Below, piece by piece: positions 1 through 11,807 of a DNA stretch of 32,577 nucleotides (positions are counted from its first letter, which is position 1; the number at the start of each line of letters is the position of its first letter). The translations under genes and the position numbers were made by a program. This DNA comes from Paraspadella gotoi. Taxonomy: Eukaryota > Animalia > Chaetognatha. The stretch lies in the NCBI GenBank assembly GCA_051294375.1, contig JBJCIZ010000236.1:1-32577 (forward strand). Reading direction: 5' to 3'. The notes under the pieces are model-generated. The model was not told where the DNA came from, searched no databases, and saw only the letters and a program-made list of their open reading frames with translations.

Positions 1-500
1 TCCATATGCAATGAGATTAAATGTTTCACTCAGCCCTCTTATAATTTAATAAAAAAAACTTATTAATTCTTAATAAAAATTTTCAAAATATAATACAATT
101 AAATTAAAAAGCAAGATATATATAGTTTAATCAGATAGATAGATAAAAAAACCTCCTCTAATGCACTTATGAAAAATACTATTGCATAATAAAGGTTTCT
201 TGAACTAAATCTTGAAAGATTAGTAGACGCGCTGAAACCCTCCAAGCTATTCGAGACAGAGAAGATACAGTTCACTCCGTTTTGTGTTTTGCTCACAACC
301 ATTTTAGGTACATGCCTCTCTTTAATCTTCAAAATATACTTTAATAGCAAGGAATTCTTTAGTCATGCCTCTCCTTCTCAGCGCTCTCATCTCAATTAAC
401 TCCTCCCGAGTAAAGTATATAATATGTAAAAAGAATTCCATGATTGTTTTTGTGATCGCTCCTCTTTCCATAGATTATCTTGTTTGTTTGGCCTATTTCG

Positions 501-768
501 TGAAGAGGCACGGAAGGCGACGCGAAGATTCTTCTTCCCCCTCCCATTTCGCATTCCTTCTCCTTTTCGATCGGGGTTCGCGCAGCCACTGAGATTTTTC
601 CATTCTAGTGTTCACTTCCCACTTTACTACTCTCTCCCTGTCTTAAGACCTAATTTCACGCTCCTCTGTAGTTTTTATTATTTTCGTGTTCGTTTTTTTA
701 TTACCATACGCTTCACCACTACCTCTTCGTGACGTGTTTACTTTAGCCAGGCGAGATCCCTTATTTCA
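501..768 (+). repeat. 5' LTR of outer LTR element (LTR-A)
   Basis: Direct repeat of 13779-14027 (shared blocks such as gaagattcttcttccccctcccatttcgcattccttctccttttcgatcgggg and gtgtttactttagccag). Begins TG (tgaagagg), ends CA (ttatttca), and is followed after 4 nt by a PBS-like motif. Confidence 0.75.
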
Positions 769-772
769 GGGG

Positions 773-785
773 TGGCGCCAATGTG
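773..785 (+). promoter_or_regulatory. Primer binding site (tRNA-Lys type) of outer LTR element
   Basis: tggcgccaatgtg closely matches TGGCGCCCAAYGTG, the complement of the 3' end (including CCA) of tRNA-Lys(CTT), with one C missing. It lies just downstream of LTR-A. Confidence 0.65.
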
Positions 786-1012
786 TCGAGACTTTCTCTA
801 TATTTTCAACCAAAAATTCTTTTTCCTCGAAATTTCACTTCGTAGCTTTTTTCTTCTTGTTTCGACTCCAACTTTTTTTTTCTCCTCCAAAATTTCCAAA
901 TTTCAATATTCTTCAAAATCCTTTCTTTTCTCCTCTCTTTTTTTTTCCTTCGACTTTTCGAATTTTTCTCTCTCTCCGCCCTTTCCCGGTTCTTCACTTC
1001 CAATTTCTCTCA

Positions 1013-1352
1013 AGATAGAGCTCACCTATACCGCCAGAACCCTCTTCCCCCGGCGCCTTCTCTTCCTCTCTCAAACGCCCTCCTCCTCCCCTCATGTCTC
1101 GTCGTTCCCCTCCTCTTCATCCCCGGAGTCACGGATAGAGTCTTGGAGATCGGACTCACTAGTTCAACTTCTCCTCTCCGGTCTCGGGGGTCTAAAACCT
1201 TCCCTCGTGCCCCTTCTCTCCCTTTTATGTACCTGATACCTTTGTTAATCTGTTTCCTAATTACCATTAATATACTTACCCTACTACCTCTCTATCCCTG
1301 CATGAGTGAGACTAGTTAATACCTACCTTTAGCTAGGATACCCATCTTCCCA
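1013..1352 (+). repeat. 5' LTR of inner LTR element (LTR-B)
   Basis: Direct repeat of 7459-7777 (e.g. cccggagtcacggataga, tcttggagatc, gactcactagtt, cctttgttaatctgtt, gatacccatcttc). Ends in CA immediately before the PBS. Confidence 0.8.
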
Positions 1353-1353
1353 G

Positions 1354-1424
1354 TGGCCCGGCCCAATGTGGGGCTCGCGAAACACGACCCCAGGATTAAG
1401 AGTCCTGTGCCTCTACCGACTGAG
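1354..1424 (-). pseudogene. Near-complete tRNA-Lys(CTT) copy (about positions 11-76 including CCA) forming an extended PBS
   Basis: Minus strand reads CTCAGTCGGTAGAG(G)CA-CAGGA-CT-CTT-AA-TCCTG-GGGTCGTGTTTCGCGAGCCCCACATTGGGC..CCA: D arm, perfect 5-bp anticodon stem with CTT, imperfect T arm. The 5' acceptor strand is absent and A28 (plus strand, 1425-1452) lies in its place. Confidence 0.85.
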
Positions 1425-1539
1425 AAAAAAAAAAAAAAAAAAAAAAAAAAAAGGAAAGAAAAAGACCCACGCCTACCTCCACAAACAAAGCCAGTAGATC
1501 ACTAACCCGCTATTCTTTACTTTTAGCTACATCCGCGGC

Positions 1540-2945
1540 GTTATACATTTAGTTGTGTACTGCCAACATAATAAAATCGTAATCTTTCTCCCTTTTAGCA
1601 AGATAATCCGGGACATTAATGTAAATTTTTTCCCTAGTCACTTTTCCTTTACTATTTTTACTATCCCCCTCACTCAAATTCACCATGTATCATGAGTGTC
1701 GGATTTGTATTCATTTATTTTTGTTTCACTCGCTGAAATTTATCACACTATACTTACATTGACGCTGCCAGGCTCGGAAGATCCGCGTCTCCGCACAATT
1801 ATATCTTGCAATCATTTAATCTGTATTTTTCAATTGTTTCCCAATACTACTAACTTCCGCATATTCCGTCTCTTTATTTATTTTCACTATTCTGTTCTCA
1901 CCATTTCCATTTTCATACCATTTTCACTTATTCTATCTAGTAGCATTCATTATTTGAATTCTTCTCATCTTCTCCCCCTTCTTCAGCTGCATTCACTTAT
2001 TAATCTCGCATCTATTTTTCCGATTTTTGTTGCTCACAATCTAACTCTCACAATTTCGATTATTATCATAACTTCAACGTTATCCAATCTCTCCTCTCAT
2101 TCTTGTTTAATTTGTTTACTATTTTCGAACGCACAATTTCGAATCTTTCTTTTCTCCCTAAAAACGTTACCATCATGGATTCGAATACGCGACATTCTTT
2201 CTTTACTAATCCTTCCCTTCCCTTGATACCCGTGTGAGCCGAATCCTCGAATTCTCCAAGCATCCCTCTTTTTCTGCCCTCTCTCTCCTCCGCTCGTTCT
2301 TCCTCGCCTCCTCTTCCTTCTCTCCTTATCGCTGCCGGCCTCTCTTTCCTCATCCCCTTCCTCACTCGATCGGAAGAGAGAACACACTGCGCAGAGTCAG
2401 CGAAGTGTCCATCCTGTCCTGACAAACGAGCAACTCTCCCTCCGCTCCTTGCCCCTCACTGTGCCCTCAACATCCCGATCCACACTCATCTCGCCTCCCA
2501 GTTTCCGACTTCCCTACCCAAAAAAAAAAAAAAAGACCGTTCATATCTCTCTCTCCTCATTCTTTTTCTGGGACCTGCGTGCGTTCACGTGATGCTGGAC
2601 TTCACTCCCCTTTCCCTTCTCTTGTGAAACGTTTCGTCATCTCTCTTTCTCTCTTTTTTCTCTTTTGTCTCTCTCTCCACCGGTCAAAATCTCTCTCTTT
2701 GCCTTCTGGCTGTCGGTAGTACTTCACGTCGCCGTTCACGCGACGAGGCAATCTGCGAGGAAACAAAGAAGAAACGCAGATCGACTGCCGATCCCTCTTC
2801 CCTTGAAAACAGTTCTTCGCCGCTGATTCTGCACCCCCCTCTCTCTCTCTCTCTCCTCACTCTTTCCTTGTGCATCTCCTCCTCCTCGTCATCTCTCTCC
2901 CTTTCTCTCATCGTGGATAAGCTTCGGCCATGAGAAGACTGCAAC
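1540..2945 (-). pseudogene. Possible gag (zinc knuckle) to N-terminal RT remnant on the minus strand
   Basis: Read across frameshifts: C-S-F-C-G-Q-D-G-H-F-A-D-S-A-Q-C (about 2432-2384), L-S-E-G-I-V-K (about 1677-1655), and N-V-P-x-Y-L-A-K...L-R-F...Y..Q-L-N (about 1622-1545). The last two resemble Gypsy RT motifs GII..S.S and P..LV.K....R.C.DY..LN. Confidence 0.4.
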
Positions 2946-3149
2946 CCCCTTGTTCATTCCCTTGTCTCGGTTTTGTGCGAGATAATCCCGCAACCAATGT
3001 CTATTTCCCACCAATACCTGACATTACATACATCATTGGATAAGTAATTTTTTAACGATTTATCTTAGAGACACAAAACAATGGTTAGTGTTAAGGGCGA
3101 AAATGAAAAGATGTTCAGAAAATAATGCTCCAATCTCTCTTTGCTAAAA

Positions 3150-4235
3150 AAAATATCATAGCGGATGCCCTCGAGAGAAAAAAAAACAGGTGGTTTTTAC
3201 GCGCGCAATCATAATTCATGTTTAGAACGAGCAAAAGCACAAAGAGATTTCCTTTTTTCCCACAGGCCAAAAAAGGAAGATAAGAATAAGAATATAGAGA
3301 ACGCTCTGGGATCCAAGAATGTTTAAAGAGTTGCCTATTTGAGAATTGGAATACACCATATCATAATTATTACTCATCTAATCCTCCTATATCCGATACT
3401 CAAGTAAGCTCGCTGACGGTCAACATAGCAACGTCATCACCGCACTTCAAGTGCCAGAAATCTTGTTTCTGTACCCAAAAGTCTTTCATCTGCCTAGTCC
3501 TAAGTGTATCCAAAACCCTCTTAAATCAATCTGCAGACTAACGTTGACCTTGCCCAAAAGAATCGAAAAAGACCCCATCTGTGGCAGACGTTATACCAAG
3601 CTATCTTGATATCCAAAACGTGAAGAGCTTCTCTACATATTAGAATAGAGTTTGGACTCAAGCACTGCGCATAAGAAAGGAATTCTGTTCGTCTTAGAAA
3701 TAGAAAAAAAAAGCAAAGAGAAAGACCGGAAATAATACAAAAAAATGGGATTCAAATAATTTACCAGGAGTAGGCCTAAGATAAACATTCCAACTCGTTC
3801 ACCTTGCCAGTCCTCCTCAACAAACAGAAAAAGCAAGCCTGTCCGAACGAACCCCTTCTCCATGTGAGCGCGCCAACCCAACTCCTTTGAAAATGCCCAA
3901 CAACCGCGTCAATCTTATAGGAGCACCGAAATGCCTAGCCAAATGCAGCCTAATCAATCACCTCTCCTCGAATCTGCTTCTGCCATCCAGCCTCTCACAT
4001 TCTCTCACCTCTTCGACCCACCACGTCGACCCCGCCCCCTCGACCCGCCCCCTCCCTCAGCACCTTCCACCGACTCTAACGATCACCGTACAAACATGGA
4101 AAAGCGGTAGGCCTGCTAGTCGCCTACTGATTGCGTCGCGTAGATAAATTCATCTCGCCACCAGGAAGACTTGACACCCCATGAGGCAGGAGGCCTCCAT
4201 GAAGCAGAGTCCTAAAGAGCCCTATAGAGCGTAAC
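3150..4235 (+). pseudogene. Frameshifted pol remnant: RNase H C-terminus and integrase
   Basis: N-I-I-A-D-A-L-E-R (3152-3178; cf. N..ADALSR), V-A-D-(R)-Y-T-K (3581; cf. VDRFTK), F-G-L (3651), P-Q-Q-T...S-E-R-T (about 3815-3853; cf. HPQTxGQxER) and K-E-P-Y-R (about 4214; cf. GPY). Order and spacing are as expected. Confidence 0.62.
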
Positions 4236-6118
4236 CACAGAAAAGAGACCATATTTTCGACACAAAATGCGGCTTGAGAAAAAGCGTCTCACAAAACATC
4301 CCTGCCTTGAGGTGTGAGGCGCGCCAATTGCCCCCTTCTGCCGTCCCACAACCCATCATAATAAAATATGGAATCAAAACTCAGAAAGGCGCAAAAAAAT
4401 TGCACTCCACACAGGCCAGTCTAACGTCAGACGGTAGAGTCTCCTCCCCCATGATGCTGCCAAGCTATCGCCGCCCCGCCCAGCGAACACCCTCAGACGC
4501 GCAAAAACGACCCTAAAGTCCACTCGGACAATCTTTTCAGAATCAGCGAACGACTCCTTCCTGGGTTACAAGCAAGCGGCCTTCATTTACAACCACATTA
4601 TCCTCAACGCAATCTCTTATAGCCGGTAACCTACTCCTGCAATACCCCTCCTGCAGACCCCTTCACGCGTCTAAGCCACTGCAATCTGCCACCTCCAAGC
4701 TCCAAACCTCACGTAACAACGCAATGGCAGGAGACTTCACGATCGAGCTGATGTAACTATTTAAAAAGTACCCACAAGCTACAACTTACAAACAACTGGC
4801 AAGAACAATAGGTCCCCGATTTTCCACATTACAGAACTTTTTCTTCGAACGACATATACGTATTGCGTGAACAATTCACTAGGTCATGGAGTCCTTCGAG
4901 AAAAATATCTAGTATCTTTCTTTCTATTTCTCGTCAAGGAAATTTCAATTGAGAACAAATTGCGAATCTGAGATAAATATACTAGCGCCCCCCACTATTC
5001 CGCAGTTTGATTTAACAATACTTGCCAATGTCCCCATTGGCCCTCCTCTGGCCATTGACGGCAGAAAAATTTTGACACGCTTCCCAATCTTTCACCCGTG
5101 ATGTGATCACTGCTACAACCCTTCCTTTATGACTGTGAATAACTAATACCGCCACTAGCGCTCTAAACAGCGGTAGTGCCGACATGAAGAGGAGAAGAGA
5201 CTGAAACAAATAAATACATAAACGACTCGTATATTCTTGCAGTATAACAGATAAGAATTGATATATTAGCGCGCTCTTGTATACACTCTATATAACAATT
5301 ATTACAATAGATATAGCAACAAAAATGCCTCGACAATGATTAACAATGAGTATATATAAAAAATGCAATTACAATGGCATATTCCAAACCAAGTCCCCCC
5401 ATGCCCTGCCCATACATGACGTTCATCCAAATTATACATATATTTGGCAGTCTACTATAAGAACTATCACGACAAAATGCTTCTCCTCTCTGATAACTCA
5501 ACTCGAACGGTCTGTGCTCAAGTCTCCTTACCACCGTGCATTTCTGTCTAGGTGAACTTTCTATCACCTAAAAATTCACCTCATTTAATGTCTGGCGTTC
5601 GTGCCCTTTTCTCTCTTGCGGCTTTTTGTTTCTCTTCCAGGCTCTCATTGATCTCCGTTTCTTCCTTTCCCTTCACTAATTTTAATTAACTTATCTCTAT
5701 CTTACTCAAGACCCAAACTCTCTTAATTTTGACTTTTCAGTTTCAGGTATTTTCTGTAGCTGGACTCATTTCACAGGAACGAAAGATACGTCAAGACTCA
5801 CCAGTCTTACTTGGTCCAGCCCCTAGCCGAGGAATTAAGTATGATTAAGTACTAAAGAAACCAATAGTTATGGTTAACTGTTTAAGCCCGTTTCTTTTTC
5901 CTTGTCCTTGCCGAATGTTCACTTTAAAAACAAAAGCAAAATAAATTATTTTAATAAACCTAAATACAACGATTTAGTCAAACTCATTCCCAGTATTAAA
6001 TAAGTTAAACAAAAGGTCACGGCTTAAAATTATCACAATAACATATTTAAACCATTTTCAATTTGTCTATCCAGATAGGTACGGAGTCATCCTTTAGGTC
6101 GAACAACTGGGTCTCGGA

Positions 6119-6196
6119 GGCGATGGCAACGGCGATGGCGACTGCGACGGCGACTGCGACGGCGACGCAAATGGCGATGACGATGGCGATGGCGAT
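6119..6196 (+). repeat. Degenerate hexamer tandem repeat (GGCGAY)n
   Basis: ggcgatggcaacggcgatggcgactgcgacggcgac...ggcgatggcgat. Confidence 0.85.
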
Positions 6197-7458
6197 CCTA
6201 AGATCGCTAAAAACCCTTCCTCTTCCTTTCATTTCTCCACTTCCTCCCTCTTCCCCACCCCAACCAACTCTCCCCCTCTAACTCTCTCCTGCGCATCTCC
6301 CCTTTTCACGGACTCCCAAATCATGAAAATAAAAACAAAAAAATTACCTCTTCCCTCTCTCGGCGACTCTCCGGCGAAATCTCCCTTCTTCCTTACGATC
6401 TCCCGGTCAACGTCACCATCTTTCTCATCACGGTGATCTGCAGCGACCTCCATGGAACCGTCTTCTTGCCAAACTCCTGCTCTCTGCCCTTTTGTTACCC
6501 CACTTTCTACACCATTATTGCATAAATTGCACTCATCTATTTTCCGTATGAACTTCTCGAAAAGTCGAATTTGAAATTTATGGATTTAAACTTTAAATTT
6601 TGAATTTGAAAATGTTTTTTAAAAAGTTTTCTCAAACTTAAATTGTTGCTAGTTTTATACTTCCTCGTGTGAGTTTATCAATTCTTAGTGCATTTTATTT
6701 CTAGTTTCACAGTATGATTTATTGCTAGGTACGACACCTTTTTGCCATCTTTTCTCGTTAAATTTCTAATTTTGAAATTTTTATAACAAATTTCAATTAC
6801 CATTGAAACGTTTCTAGTTCATATTTAGATTGTGTGTCTCATCATCTCGTAGTTCATTTAATTATTAGTTTTACAGTTTGGTCTATTGATAGTTTCACCA
6901 TCTTTTCTCTCTCATTTTTCCTTTGTTAAATATTCAAAAGAAATTGGGTTGACTTTTATTGTTATAACACAATTATCTTTTCTTTGAGACCCAATTATAA
7001 TTTTATATTTGAAAAAAAAAAATCAAAAAAAAAAAATTGAAGATTACAAGTAGCGTGCCTTCTCCCTCCCCCCGAACAATTATACCCTCCATCCCCTCCC
7101 AAAAAGCCAACCCCGCTCAAGGCAAAAAATTCAATTCTTCCGCTTCCACCTTTGATTACCGTTAACCGACCGAAGCGATACGCGCCGCGTCGATCACGAG
7201 ACTCAAGGCGACTTCCGGTCCCGCCCATCTCTGACACGCCAACGTCCCAACGCTAATCCAATGAAAGCGTCGACTCTAGAGGACTTAGGACGACATCCCC
7301 CCGCCCCCAAAACATCGCGACAACCACCAATCCGCCTAACCGGCCGGCGTCCGTCTCTGCCTACCTCTCCACAAACCCACGCCCAACACCATAGATGATG
7401 GCGACGCCCACCTGTGACATCAAAACCCAATGGCGCTCCGACCAAAGAAGGGGCACAC

Positions 7459-7777
7459 AGATAGAGGCTCAAACTTACCGCCAAACCCTCTCTCCCCGGG
7501 CCTTCTCTCCCTCTCCCACGCCTCCTCTCGCCCTCGCGTCCCCTCCTTCATACCCGGAGTCACGGATAGATTCTTGGAGATCGACTCACTAGTTGCAACT
7601 TCTACCCTCGGTCTCGGTCTGAAAACCTTCCCTCTCTCTCTCTCCGCTTTTATGTACCCTTGATAACCTTTGTTAATCTGTTTTCCTATTACCATTTAAT
7701 ACTTACGAACCTAGCTTACTCTCTTCCTGATGAGAGACTAGTTAGTACCGTACCTTAACTAGATACCCATCTTCACA
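7459..7777 (+). repeat. 3' LTR of inner LTR element (LTR-B)
   Basis: Direct repeat of 1013-1352. Ends cccatcttcaca and is preceded by a purine tract. Confidence 0.8.
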
Positions 7778-7945
7778 GCTCTCTTCTTCTCTCTTCCCTT
7801 CCTCTTTCCCTCCCTTCTACGCCTCCTATACCAAAATAAACCGAAAGAATAGAAAAGCGGTAGCCGTTAGAAAGAGGGACCTAAACCGAAACCTCCTCCT
7901 GAGTACCAGAAATCCCTCGCAACAAAGGAGAGAGGACTCTCCTTT

Positions 7946-8340
7946 CGGAACGGCCCAGGAGAACGTGGGAGGCTGAACCGGAAACGGTCTAAGCAGACGT
8001 GAGACCGCCGGAGACGGTCAGGAGACTGGAGGCTGGCCGGAAATCGGTCCAAGCAACGTGGAGACCGTCCGGAGACGGTCCAGGAGGACGCTGGAGGCTG
8101 ACCGCAAACGCGTCTAAAGCAAGACGTGGAGACCCGGCCGGAAACGGTCTAGAGCGAGACGTGGAGCGCCCGACCGGACAACGACATTCCGAGTGACGAA
8201 GGAGAATTGACTAGGAACCAACCCAAGGAGACGAGGAGGCCAACCGCAACACAAGGAGCAACGAGGAGCCAACCAGGACAACCCAAGAGACGAGGACTGC
8301 CAACAAGGACCGACCCAAGGACAAGGAGGCCGACCAGGCC
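7946..8340 (+). repeat. Two adjacent GC-rich minisatellite arrays with units of about 30 bp
   Basis: Units like ccggaaacggtctaagcagacgtggagac (7946-8175), then aacccaaggagacgaggaggccaacc (8213-8340). Confidence 0.75.
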
Positions 8341-11300
8341 TAAGCAGGAGAGCCCGTCAGACGCTCATTTAGCGCACAGGCCACGGCCCGCAATCACTCA
8401 ACCAAGGAGGCGCCCACGCCATTCCGGTCACGTCCGTACCGACGACCCCCTATTGAAGCACGCCAACCACCGTTAGGCTCCGCTAGAAGTCCCGCTCCGA
8501 GCCGCCACGCCCATTTCCGGTCCCCAGTGACGCTTAGTGCCGCCGAAGCATTTTCCAAGGTCTCGTTGACCGCTCTGTTTGCCACGCCCATCCTCTTGCT
8601 TTGTCTCCCCCGCCGCCCGCCCGGGCGGCTGACGCCACATCGTGTCCGAATGCTCGATTCGGAGAATCGCTGAGGGTTAATCTCCACATTGATCCGCCGA
8701 CCCGATTGAGGCAATAAGAGAAACTCTGAGGGGAACCGAACGGAAAATTCATCGAAGAAAACGGAAAGACGGTCAAGATCCCCACCCGAGCATCAAGAGA
8801 CCGGGAAGCTCCGTCATCACCCGCCGCCGTCACCAAACGGCCACGCAGAGACACCAGACCATTGATAGAAACCGGCCGCCGCCGCCGTCGAAACCGCAGC
8901 CTAAAAAGAATTAGAGAGAAAAATAGAAACTTGAGTCGGGTCGTACCCTAAATTTGGAAAAAATCTCCTCTCTTCTTAACTTTCGAGATCCCAGTTTGTT
9001 CTCTACGCTCGCCAATTCGTTGTTAAAATTATTTTAAATTTGAAATTCTCCTGCTGAGTCATCAGTCACGCCCCCCCCTGGGCGAATTTATTTTCTCCTT
9101 ATCTCGACAGCCGAGTTCGATGACCGCTGGAACCGAGCCTTTTTTTTTTTTCAAAAAAAACACTTACTAGAAAGTGAAAATAGGGAATGACTCATTTAGC
9201 GGAAGGAATGCGCGACATCCGACGAATAGCCCAACAGTTTGTCGGCCGAGGCGAGAATCTTTTGGCTTGGGGCTAAGTCCGACGATCTGAAATTGCCGCA
9301 TTACGGCGGAGAATGCGGACATCTGACTAATACCCGACAGTTCAGCCCGAAGTGATCTTTTCCCTTTGAAAACTTTGAAAAAATAAATCCATTCTCGGAC
9401 TAACGGATTTAGCGAGGCCACGAAGAAATATATGGCTACTCTCACACTCTGAGAGAGAGAAAAAAATACACGAGTCCACCTGAAACAATAAACTCATTCC
9501 CCCGATTTAACGATTCTGGTCGAGGCGAATTCCGGAACAATTACAGCTCGCGCCGTGAGAGTCGGAGAAGCTCTTGGAACGACCGCCAACGGCAACACAA
9601 ACCACGCCCGCCGACGTGCCGGACCTACCGACCGCTCAACGCCAAAGGCACAGCCCCTTTCTGTCCGATCCGACGCTGCCCCGAGGACTAAAAGAGCCGA
9701 CAACAAGGAAGTTGAGGATCTTTTTTCATCTTCGTTTCGCGCTTCCAATCCATTTCTCCGAGTCTCGCGCTAACTCCCAGCGCTACCCCGGTCCGAGTCG
9801 ACGCGCCTCCCCTGAAGAAAGGAAAAGAGAGAAAATTCGAGCATCTTTTTTTACTCCTCTCTTCACGGCGAAGGCCGGCGACCCTGCCGGTCCGATTCGA
9901 CGCAACTACCCCGCAGAAAAAAGGAAAGAGAAGAATTTGCAATCTTTTTTTGCTTTCTCCTCTCTCCCGACGGCCCGTCTTCCGACGCCCAGTCCCGGTC
10001 CTTTCGACGCCCATCCCTGGAGATAAAAAGCGCCAACCTTCAGGCGATTCGCACCTTCTCTCGGCACGCCGCTCTCCTCTCTACTGGCAAGCTTCCGTCA
10101 CGCCGCCGCTCCGACGACCACGCCCATTTCCGCTCACCTTTTCGACGCCGCCTCCCCGAGCATAAATAGACGAAAAACTAACGGATTTTTGAAACATTTT
10201 CGTCTTCCGACAGTAAAGGCCAACGCCCTCATCTGCGGCCTCGATCGACGCGCCGCCTCCGGAGATAAACGAGACTAAAGGAGGATCTCTCCGACGTTCT
10301 CGCCGCCAAAGGCCGCGCCCCATCTTCCGGTCGCCTTCCGACAACTGTCCCTTGGAGATAAAAGAACACTAAAACGAAAGCCCCATGGAGGCCAGTTCCA
10401 CTGACTTCTCAGAACGAAAATTCGGCGTCTCCACCCTCGCAGTTTCGTTATTCTCGTCAAACGCCCCAACTAGACGCACGATCAAAATGCGCGGAACTGG
10501 GCGACAAAAGCCGATGTATTGAAACAAAAGAACGATCCGTCTGAGAGAAAAAATTAAAATATGAGGAATTGAAGTTTACTGCAATGGCGAGAGACGTCCG
10601 CCGCCTTTCCAACTCCACTCGTTCAAACAGACGAAGAGTGGAAACAGTTCGAAACGCCTCATTGGCTCCACGATCATCAAAGCGCCGCCAACAGGACAGC
10701 CGCAGCACCGCAACGCCAGCAGCAACTAACAGCAAAGGCATTTTCCGCATTGGTCTGCCATTCGCCAGCCGCGAGCTCAGACGCAAGCTCATGGAGAAAA
10801 ACGCGCCCGGAACTCAAAAGGACGACTTTACTATAAATCTTCAGATCTGATCAACCCGGGCATCGTCCCGGCGTAGAATTGGTAAACAAGAACTCTACAG
10901 CCACGACCCACAACCGGCGTCAAAGTGGACGGGCGGCGCCGTCCTGAAAGCGGCGTCTTCGCCGCCAACTGTAATATATTCTTGTGTATATCTGCCAGAC
11001 GAAAATTACTATCATTCAAGTTTCAATTATTCTCAACACATCAATTTGTACTCGGTCTTGCTATGGTGCCGAGCTTTGAAGCCCGACGGCGCTGAAACCG
11101 GATCGCCCGCTGATTTGGGGAATAGAATTCGAACGAAAAGCATTATGGAGAGCTGAAAGACGACCGATCTGCTACACCAGCGCCCATTTCTCGCGGCGCT
11201 CGCATCAAACTGTAGTTAGAAAATGGGACACTGAGATGAAGAAACCAATGAGAAAATCGGATGGAAATCAGCGGCGCCCGGATGGAACCACGACGCCCAT

Positions 11301-11807
11301 CTGAGAGAAAAGGACATCAGGATTGAGAACCTCATAATAAGTTGTGCAATGCAACAAGGAAACAAACGAAGTTGACTTTAAAGTCAGTTTTAAATCTTTA
11401 GCTACTACATGCTACGAAATAGCTACGAATTCTGAACAAAGAAGGGAGATGACTTTTTTAAGTGGAAATCCGATGGACGGGCAACAAGCCTCGAGTTGTG
11501 CCATAGACGCACCATGAAACAGCTCCGTCGCAGCCGGCAGCGCCTCAATCGGAAAATTATTACCTATCCATACCCGAAATGGTTCTATTCAGTCCCTTGA
11601 TGCAGGACATTTCTTTTTTACTTCTTCCGATTGCAATTATGCTGATTCACAGAATCATCAAATTTGTTCTGCCTTGCCAAGAGCAAGCCATCTAAATAAA
11701 ACTATCAAATTTCACTACAGCTGTTCTCCCGTCACCTTTATTGGATCAAATAAAGGCTCGAAGATAGAGAGAACAGGAATACTTGAGAATGGACCTGATG
11801 TACAAAC

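Larger units (their letters stand above)
1013..7777 (+). mobile_element. Ty3/Gypsy-like LTR retrotransposon (degenerate or rearranged), nested in the 5' leader of the outer element
   Basis: LTR pair, tRNA-Lys PBS, purine tract aaagaagggg (7444-7453) just before the 3' LTR, and RNase H then integrase motif remnants in Gypsy order. Confidence 0.72.

Noticed and set aside
99-1267. Cluster of short ORFs rich in F/S/L or R/E/K
   Set aside because: They are translations of pyrimidine-rich LTR and leader sequence with no domain signal.
1354-1424. Functional tRNA-Lys gene
   Set aside because: It lacks the 5' acceptor strand, has encoded CCA and a disrupted T arm, and abuts an LTR.
1696-2226. 176-aa hydrophobic ORF resembling a membrane protein
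   Set aside because: It is the T-rich opposite strand of a purine-rich retroelement remnant and has a GTG start; most likely a compositional artefact.
7728-7760. CTGATGA as a hammerhead core (also at 9059-9065 on the minus strand and in the 11.8-kb array)
   Set aside because: No stem II followed by GAAA and a cleavage triplet.
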